Part shown: positions 54,193-59,491 of the stretch, piece by piece
Layout of the letters: each line of letters begins with the position of its first letter
How positions within the stretch are numbered: position 1 is the stretch's first letter
NCBI GenBank assembly: GCA_964549025.1
Contig: CAZJUE010000001.1
Location: 1 to 59,491, forward strand
Origin: an uncultured Anaerolineaceae bacterium
GTDB taxonomy: Bacteria > Chloroflexota > Anaerolineae > Anaerolineales > E44-bin32
Length of the DNA stretch: 59,491 nucleotides
Direction: 5' to 3'
Translations under genes and position numbers: made by a program
Notes under the pieces: model-generated
What the model was told of the DNA's origin: nothing
The model's input: the letters and a program-made list of their open reading frames with translations, nothing else
The model's database searches: none

Positions 54193-56709
54193 ATGAAGAG
54201 CAAGTGGTTGAAGTGGTTCGCATTGTCAGTCATGCTGGCGCTTTTAGCGGCCGCGTGTGGTGGTACTGCCACGCCGGAAGAACCCGCCCCACCGCCGCCG
54301 GAAGGCCCGCCACCGCCGCCCGCAGAGGGGGCGATGATCGACTGCATGGGAGCCTCTTCGGGTGACCAGGTCACCGTAATGTATCAGTGGTCTGGCACAG
54401 AGGAAGAGCGGATCAATGCCATCCTGGCGCCGTTCGTAGAAGAGTGTGGCGTCGAAGTCGTTTCAGAGTCGACCCGCGACGCGGCGGTGCTGGACACCCG
54501 AGTGCAAAGTGATCCGCCGGACGTGTTGTTCTGGCCCTCGACCGCGCCAGCGCTGCTGTATACCGATCAGATGCAGGATCTGGGATCGGTCGGCGCCCAC
54601 GCAGAGAACTACGCTGACTTCTGGATCGAGCAAGGAACCTTTAGCGGTCGCTGGCTGGTTTTGCCGGCCAAGGCCGACATCAAGACCATCATCTGGTACA
54701 GCCCGATCCAATTCGAGACCTTTGGCTACGAAGTGCCAACAACCTTCGAAGAATTGGACGCCCTGGTTGAGCAGATGGTGGCGGACGGCAACACGCCGTG
54801 GAGCATGGGCTTCGAGAGCGGTGCAGCCACTGGTTGGACCGGCTCGGACTTCATCCAGGACCTGCTGCTGACCCAGCAGGGGCCGGAGTACGTGATGGGG
54901 CTGATCGACGGCTCGGTCTCGTACGATGACGCTGGCGTGGCAGAAGCCTATGAAACCTACGCAGCCTGGGCCTCCGATCCGGATTACACGGTAGGCGGCT
55001 CCACCGGGACGGTCAACACTGGTTTCCTGGATGCCATCTACCAGGTGTTCTCGGATCCGCCGGAGGCCATGATGGTGAAGCAGTCCGGCTTTGCCGGGGG
55101 CGAGGTCGTTTCTCAGTTCCCGGACCTCGAGTACGGGACCGACTTCGACTTCTTTGCCTTCCCTGGTGCCCAGGGCATGCAGGGCGGAGCTGACTACATG
55201 ATGGCGTTCGGCGACTCGCCGGCTGCGCATGCTCTGGTCGGGTATCTGACCAGCGAAGCGGGCGGCGAGGCCTGGGCGCAGGCCGGCTTCGATCTGTCGC
55301 CCAACAACGGCGCCACCGGAAACTACGCCGACGAGCAGTTGGCCAAGAAGGGCGATGCGCTGGCCGGAGCCAGCGGTTTCACTCCAGACCTGGGCGATAC
55401 GATCCCGGCACCATTCGGCCAAGCCGAGTGGAAGGCGATCGTGGATGTCGTCCAGGGCGGCGACGTCGATGCCGCGCTGACCGCCGCAGCGGTATCACAG
55501 CGCGCCGGGCTGGCGCTGGCGCCCTCGATCGACTGCATGGGCGTCTCGGCAGGGGACACTCTGTCGGTGATGTACCAGTGGTCGGGTGCCGAGGAAGAGA
55601 AGATCAACTCGATCTTTGCGCCGTTCGTGGAAGAATGTGGCGTCGAGATCGTGGCTGAGTCGACCCGCGACGCAGCGGTGTTGGACACCCGCGCCAACAG
55701 TGATCCTCCGGATCTGCTGTTCTGGCCATCCTCCGCACCGGCGTTGCTGTATACCGATCAAATGCAGGATCTGGGCTCGGTCGGCGCCCATGAAGAGAAC
55801 TACGCCGACTTCTGGATCGAGCAGGGAACGGTCGACGGTCGTTGGCTGGTGCTGCCGGCCAAGGCCGACATCAAGACCATCATCTGGTACAGCCCGATCC
55901 AGTTCGAGACCTTCGGTTACGGTGTTCCGACGACGTTTGATGAGCTCGACGCGCTGGTGGAGCAGATGGTGGCCGATGGCAACATCCCCTGGAGCATGGG
56001 CTTTGAGAGCGATGCGGCTACCGGATGGACCGGCTCGGACTTCATCCAGGACCTGATGCTGACCCAGCAAGGGCCGGAGTACGTGATGGGGTTGATCGAC
56101 GGCTCGGTTTCCTACGACGATGCCGGGGTGGTTCAGGCCTACGAGACCTACGCCGCCTGGGCTTCGGATCCGACCTACACGGTGGGTGGCGCAACCGGGA
56201 CGGTCGAAACCGGCTTCCTGGACGCCATCTACAAGGTGTTCTCGGATCCGCCCGAGGCCATGATGGTCAAGCAGTCCGGCTTCGCCGGAGGCGAGGTCGT
56301 TGCTCAGTTCCCGGACCTCGAGTACGGAACCGACTTCGACTTCTTCGCCTTCCCGGGCGCCCAGGGCATGCAGGGCGGCGCCGACTACCTGATGGTGTTC
56401 GGCGACTCGCCCGCAACCCAGGCGATGCTGGCCTATCTGACCAGCGCCGAGGGTGCCCGAACTTGGGCGCAAGCAGGCTTTGACCTCTCGCCCAATAAGT
56501 GGGCGGCCGGTCAGTACGCCGACGAGCAGCTGGCCAAGAAGGGCGATGCGCTTGCCGGAGCGACCGGTTTCACCCCGGACCTGGGCGACACGATCCCGGC
56601 TCCGTTCGGCACCGCCGAGTGGAGTGCGATCATCGATGTGGTTCAGGGAGCGGACCCGGCCGAAGCACTGGCGGCAGCAGCCGCAGCGCAACAGCAGGCG
56701 CTTCAGTAA
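54193..56709 (+). CDS. Lipoprotein with two tandem CUT1-type ABC substrate-binding domains
   Basis: Signal peptide plus lipobox LLAAAC and a Pro-rich tether, followed by two full-length family-1 SBP units (residues 49-445 and 446-838) that align over their whole length. Confidence 0.85.
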   Translation: MKSKWLKWFALSVMLALLAAACGGTATPEEPAPPPPEGPPPPPAEGAMIDCMGASSGDQVTVMYQWSGTEEERINAILAPFVEECGVEVVSESTRDAAVLDTRVQSDPPDVLFWPSTAPALLYTDQMQDLGSVGAHAENYADFWIEQGTFSGRWLVLPAKADIKTIIWYSPIQFETFGYEVPTTFEELDALVEQMVADGNTPWSMGFESGAATGWTGSDFIQDLLLTQQGPEYVMGLIDGSVSYDDAGVAEAYETYAAWASDPDYTVGGSTGTVNTGFLDAIYQVFSDPPEAMMVKQSGFAGGEVVSQFPDLEYGTDFDFFAFPGAQGMQGGADYMMAFGDSPAAHALVGYLTSEAGGEAWAQAGFDLSPNNGATGNYADEQLAKKGDALAGASGFTPDLGDTIPAPFGQAEWKAIVDVVQGGDVDAALTAAAVSQRAGLALAPSIDCMGVSAGDTLSVMYQWSGAEEEKINSIFAPFVEECGVEIVAESTRDAAVLDTRANSDPPDLLFWPSSAPALLYTDQMQDLGSVGAHEENYADFWIEQGTVDGRWLVLPAKADIKTIIWYSPIQFETFGYGVPTTFDELDALVEQMVADGNIPWSMGFESDAATGWTGSDFIQDLMLTQQGPEYVMGLIDGSVSYDDAGVVQAYETYAAWASDPTYTVGGATGTVETGFLDAIYKVFSDPPEAMMVKQSGFAGGEVVAQFPDLEYGTDFDFFAFPGAQGMQGGADYLMVFGDSPATQAMLAYLTSAEGARTWAQAGFDLSPNKWAAGQYADEQLAKKGDALAGATGFTPDLGDTIPAPFGTAEWSAIIDVVQGADPAEALAAAAAAQQQALQ
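54337..56706 (+). repeat. In-frame tandem duplication, unit 1191 bp (397 codons)
   Basis: ATCGACTGCATGGG occurs at 54337 and again at 55528. The copies are collinear and many of the differences fall at synonymous third positions. Confidence 0.9.
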
Positions 56710-56720
56710 GTTCGTAGTGC

Positions 56721-56752
56721 AAGTTGGGGCGATCTCCGGATCGCCCCAACTT
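56721..56752 (+). terminator. Intercistronic stem-loop after the SBP gene (attenuator or mRNA stabiliser)
   Basis: Perfect 14-bp stem AAGTTGGGGCGATC-tccg-GATCGCCCCAACTT between the SBP and the first permease gene. Confidence 0.6.
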
Positions 56753-56780
56753 GTTCATCATCGGGGGAAGGAGGAGTAGC

Positions 56781-57695
56781 GTGGCTGCCCCAAGGATCAT
56801 GCAGCAGGGACAGCGGATTCCCTGGCTGTACGCGCTCCCCGCGCTCATCATCATCTTTGTCTTTATCGTCTATCCCACGGTCAACACCGGCTACTTGAGC
56901 CTGCTTGATCGCCGGAGCGAGGGCCCGGCGACGAACGACTGCTCTGAGGGGGATCCGTGCTGGGGGATCCTTGAGAACTACCGTTATGCACTAACCAACC
57001 CGGAGATGACCACCGCGCTTCGCAACAACGCCCTGTGGTTGTTGGTGATGGTCCCGGGAACGGTAGCCATTGGTTTGGTGATCGCTGTCCTGGCGGATCG
57101 AGTCAGATACGAAGCGTTTGTCAAATCGATCATCTTCATGCCCATGGCGATCTCGTTTATCGGGGCCGGCGTGATATGGCGCTTCATGTATGCCATCGAA
57201 GCCGGATCCGGCGATCAGTGGGCATTGTTGAACGCCATCATCGTGGGGGTCGGGCTGGATCCGGTGCCGTTCATCAGCACCCGCGGCATCAACAACTTCG
57301 CCCTGATGGCGGTGGGGATCTGGCTGTGGGCCGGCTTCTCGATGACCATCCTCTCAGCGGCGCTGAAGAGCTTGCCCGGTGAGGTGTTGGAGGCCGCGCG
57401 GGTCGACGGGGCGACGGAGTGGCAGGTGTTTTGGCGCATCATGATCCCGATGATCATGCCCACCATCACGGTGGTCACCACAACCATGATCATCATCGTG
57501 CTCAAGATCTTCGATATCGTTTTTGTGATGACCAACGGCAACTTCGGGACTGAAGTAATCGCTAACCGAATGTTCAACTTGATCGTCACCGACACAGGCC
57601 GCTCGACTGCCATCGCTGTGCTGCTACTGGTGCTGACCATCCCGGTCATGATCTTCAATGTGCGGCGCTTCCGTGAGCAGGAGGCGATCCGATGA
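56781..57695 (+). CDS. Carbohydrate ABC transporter permease (MalF/CUT1 type)
   Basis: Six TM helices and EAA loop LEAARVDGATEWQVFWRIMIPMIMP. GTG 56781 is preceded by AAGGAGGAG. Confidence 0.85.
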   Translation: MAAPRIMQQGQRIPWLYALPALIIIFVFIVYPTVNTGYLSLLDRRSEGPATNDCSEGDPCWGILENYRYALTNPEMTTALRNNALWLLVMVPGTVAIGLVIAVLADRVRYEAFVKSIIFMPMAISFIGAGVIWRFMYAIEAGSGDQWALLNAIIVGVGLDPVPFISTRGINNFALMAVGIWLWAGFSMTILSAALKSLPGEVLEAARVDGATEWQVFWRIMIPMIMPTITVVTTTMIIIVLKIFDIVFVMTNGNFGTEVIANRMFNLIVTDTGRSTAIAVLLLVLTIPVMIFNVRRFREQEAIR

Positions 57696-58912
57696 GACCG
57701 TTTGAGCGTCTGAACGCCATCTTTCGTCGACTGCCCACTCACCTGGCGCTGGTAATCTTGATCGTAGCCTGGATAACGCCCACAGTCGGCGTCTTCGTTT
57801 CATCTTTCCGGTCGCGAGAAGCAGTGCGTACCTCTGGTTGGTGGAATGTCTTCCTGCCGCAAGAGGTCGAGGGCGAGGCGGAGTACACCACCTATTGCGC
57901 CGAGTGCCACGGCGCGGACGGTGCCGCGATCGCAGCCGCGGACCTGAGCGATCCCGCCATGGCTGCGGCGTACCCGCGCTCGAATCGGCTGCTGGTGGTG
58001 CTGCGGGCCGAAATCGATGGCCAGCCGCACTTGCAGGATCCGGCGCTGCCGGACGATCCAAATCAGGCGCTGGAATTGCTGGCGCCCATCCTGAGCTACA
58101 TGCAAACCCTTTCGGGCGGTCCGGCCGGGGGAGGAGTGAACGAGCTTAGCGTAGGTAACTATGCCGACGCGTTGGTCGGCTACAAAGGCACCAAGGATTA
58201 CCTCTCCGACTGCGAGGAAGGCGTCGAAAGTACGTTGGCCAAATACGATTGTGACGCGGGTGACGTGCTCAGTCCGGAGGGGATGGGGCGAGCGTTCTTC
58301 AATACCGTACTGGTAACCGTTCCGGCCGCCACCCTGCCGATCATTTTCGCTGCGCTAGCCGGCTACGCCTTCGCATGGATGGACTTCAAGGGGCGGTTCT
58401 GGGTGTTTTCGCTACTGGTTGGACTGCAAATCGTCCCACTTCAGATGGCGCTGGTACCGATCGCACAGCTGTACACTGATCTTGGATTGCAGAACACCTT
58501 CCTGGGCATCTGGCTGTTCCATGCCGGCTTTGGACTGCCTTACGCCATCTATTTGATGCGCAACTTCCTGGGCAGCCTGCCGACCGAGATCTTTGAGTCG
58601 GTTTATATCGATGGTGCCAGCCACTGGACCGCGTTCTGGAACCTGGCGGTGCCACTCTCGATTCCGGCCATCGCCTCCTTGGCGATCTACCAGTTCATCT
58701 GGATCTGGAATGATTTCCTGGTTGCCAAGATCTTCCTGACCGGCAGTCCAGTGTTGACGGTCCAAATCACCAACCTGATTGATCCGCGGGGCGCCAACTG
58801 GCATATCCTGACCGGCGCCGCCTTCCTATCCTTCCTGGTTCCGATGGCGGTGTTCCTGGGGCTGCAGCGCTTCTTCGTGCGCGGCCTGACCGCCGGAGCG
58901 GTAAAGGGATAA
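57692..58912 (+). CDS. Carbohydrate ABC transporter permease (MalG type) with cytochrome c-like insert in loop 1
   Basis: EAA loop FESVYIDGASHWTAFWNLAVPLSIP and a MalG-like VGNYADAL...FFNTVLVTV. An extra roughly 95 aa after TM1 contains YTTYCAECHGADG. ATGA overlap with the upstream permease. Confidence 0.85.
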   Translation: MRPFERLNAIFRRLPTHLALVILIVAWITPTVGVFVSSFRSREAVRTSGWWNVFLPQEVEGEAEYTTYCAECHGADGAAIAAADLSDPAMAAAYPRSNRLLVVLRAEIDGQPHLQDPALPDDPNQALELLAPILSYMQTLSGGPAGGGVNELSVGNYADALVGYKGTKDYLSDCEEGVESTLAKYDCDAGDVLSPEGMGRAFFNTVLVTVPAATLPIIFAALAGYAFAWMDFKGRFWVFSLLVGLQIVPLQMALVPIAQLYTDLGLQNTFLGIWLFHAGFGLPYAIYLMRNFLGSLPTEIFESVYIDGASHWTAFWNLAVPLSIPAIASLAIYQFIWIWNDFLVAKIFLTGSPVLTVQITNLIDPRGANWHILTGAAFLSFLVPMAVFLGLQRFFVRGLTAGAVKG

Positions 58913-58935
58913 AGGCAGGCCTCGTTCCTATCAAA

Positions 58936-58968
58936 AAGCGCCTGGGGTCACCCAGGCGCTTTCGCTTT
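58936..58968 (+). terminator. Rho-independent terminator of the sugar ABC operon
   Basis: AAGCGCCTGGG-gtca-CCCAGGCGCTT followed by TCGCTTTC. Confidence 0.65.
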
Positions 58969-59081
58969 CAGCCAATACAGCACAATGCTCGATCTTCGGT
59001 AGAATCGCCTGACCGGCCCATAGGCACTTCCTGCCGGAGTGAAATCTCATTGTGAAAACGAATTTCCGACCCGCTGAGACC

Positions 59082-59491
59082 ATGATCCTGCTCGTCAGAT
59101 TGGGTTGGGCGGCCGCCGCACCACTGGCAGCCGGCTTATCCGGCAAGCTGAGCGACGAGCTTGCCTGGTTGATCGCCGGCTGGCTGGTGCTCTCCGTGGC
59201 GGCTCACTTGATCAGCCCGCGCTGGCCATTGCTGACTCCTGCGATCGACTTCGCCTTCGTGAGCACCGCGGTCATCCTGACTGGCCCGGCCGACAGCCCG
59301 CTGTGGTGGTCGCTGCTGGTGGCCGGAGGGTTGGCCGGGCTGCAGCACGGAACGCTGGCTGCGCTGGCGGTGCCCAGTCTGTCGCTGCTGGCGGTAATGG
59401 GTTACGAGTTGTTCGCCGGTACGGCGCAAGCCGAGCAGCTGGGGCCGCTGGGACGGGCCATGCTGGCGGTGCTGCTGCTCACGCCACTGAT
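59082..59491 (+). CDS. Polytopic membrane protein, 5' partial (runs off the window)
   Basis: Open frame from ATG 59082 (or GTG 59052) to the window end encodes consecutive hydrophobic helices (LAWLIAGWLVLSVAA, FAFVSTAVILTG, WWSLLVAGGLAGL). It is absent from the ORF track, probably because no stop lies in the window. Confidence 0.35.
   Translation, partial: MILLVRLGWAAAAPLAAGLSGKLSDELAWLIAGWLVLSVAAHLISPRWPLLTPAIDFAFVSTAVILTGPADSPLWWSLLVAGGLAGLQHGTLAALAVPSLSLLAVMGYELFAGTAQAEQLGPLGRAMLAVLLLTPL

Noticed and set aside
54463-56691. Two long minus-strand ORFs (54463-55422 and 55495-56691) that are similar to each other.
   Set aside because: They are antisense shadows of the duplicated SBP coding sequence, and their similarity merely mirrors the plus-strand duplication.
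54337-56706. Possibility that the doubled SBP is an assembly or collapse artefact.
   Set aside because: The two copies differ at many positions, largely synonymous third-codon sites, and the junction is in frame with a unique linker (AAVSQRAGLALAPS). An artefactual duplication would be identical. Long-read confirmation is still advisable.

Overview
High-GC bacterial chromosomal segment. Gene content and promoter style resemble Chloroflexota or Actinomycetota genomes, but the taxon cannot be fixed from sequence alone. I call about 56 protein genes and one tRNA-Val. I saw no rRNA, CRISPR array, transposase or integrase. Region 1-19.7 kb is ordinary housekeeping: ABC ATPase, rhodanese, nfuA, class V aminotransferase, ssb, DUF3467, translin-like, nadK, recN, clpC, O-methyltransferase, mutY, beta-propeller lipoprotein, ftsH-like protease, S41 protease, thrB and thrC. 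Region 19.8-29.2 kb is mixed accessory. It holds an AT-rich island with twin palindromic operators and a small Arg-rich ORF, an ankyrin protein, an MFS plus ArsR-type pair, a heterodimeric ABC exporter, a ROK kinase and ccdA. Region 29.3-44.9 kb is the most unusual part, a 15.6 kb block read entirely on the minus strand and organised as two operons. Each operon is preceded by the same 19-nt promoter-like motif. The first operon holds two DUF2269-like membrane proteins, a small membrane protein, a dihaem cytochrome c, five tandem kinase-less sensor-like membrane paralogs, a membrane-anchored cupredoxin and a flavoprotein disulfide reductase. The second is a sigma-less partner-switching operon with a fused GAF-PP2C-HATPase, two STAS proteins, two paralogous unknown proteins and an FAD oxidoreductase. 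A SARP-AAA-TPR regulator is divergent from this block. It is convergent with an orphan tailoring-enzyme operon (2OG oxygenase, two methyltransferases, APH-like kinase, Memo-like protein) that abuts tRNA-Val. The 3' end carries a CUT1 sugar ABC operon with two oddities. Its binding protein is an in-frame tandem duplication of a complete SBP, and its MalG-type permease carries a cytochrome c-like CxxCH insert in the first extracytoplasmic loop. Function calls rest on motifs I read in the translations. No database search was run.
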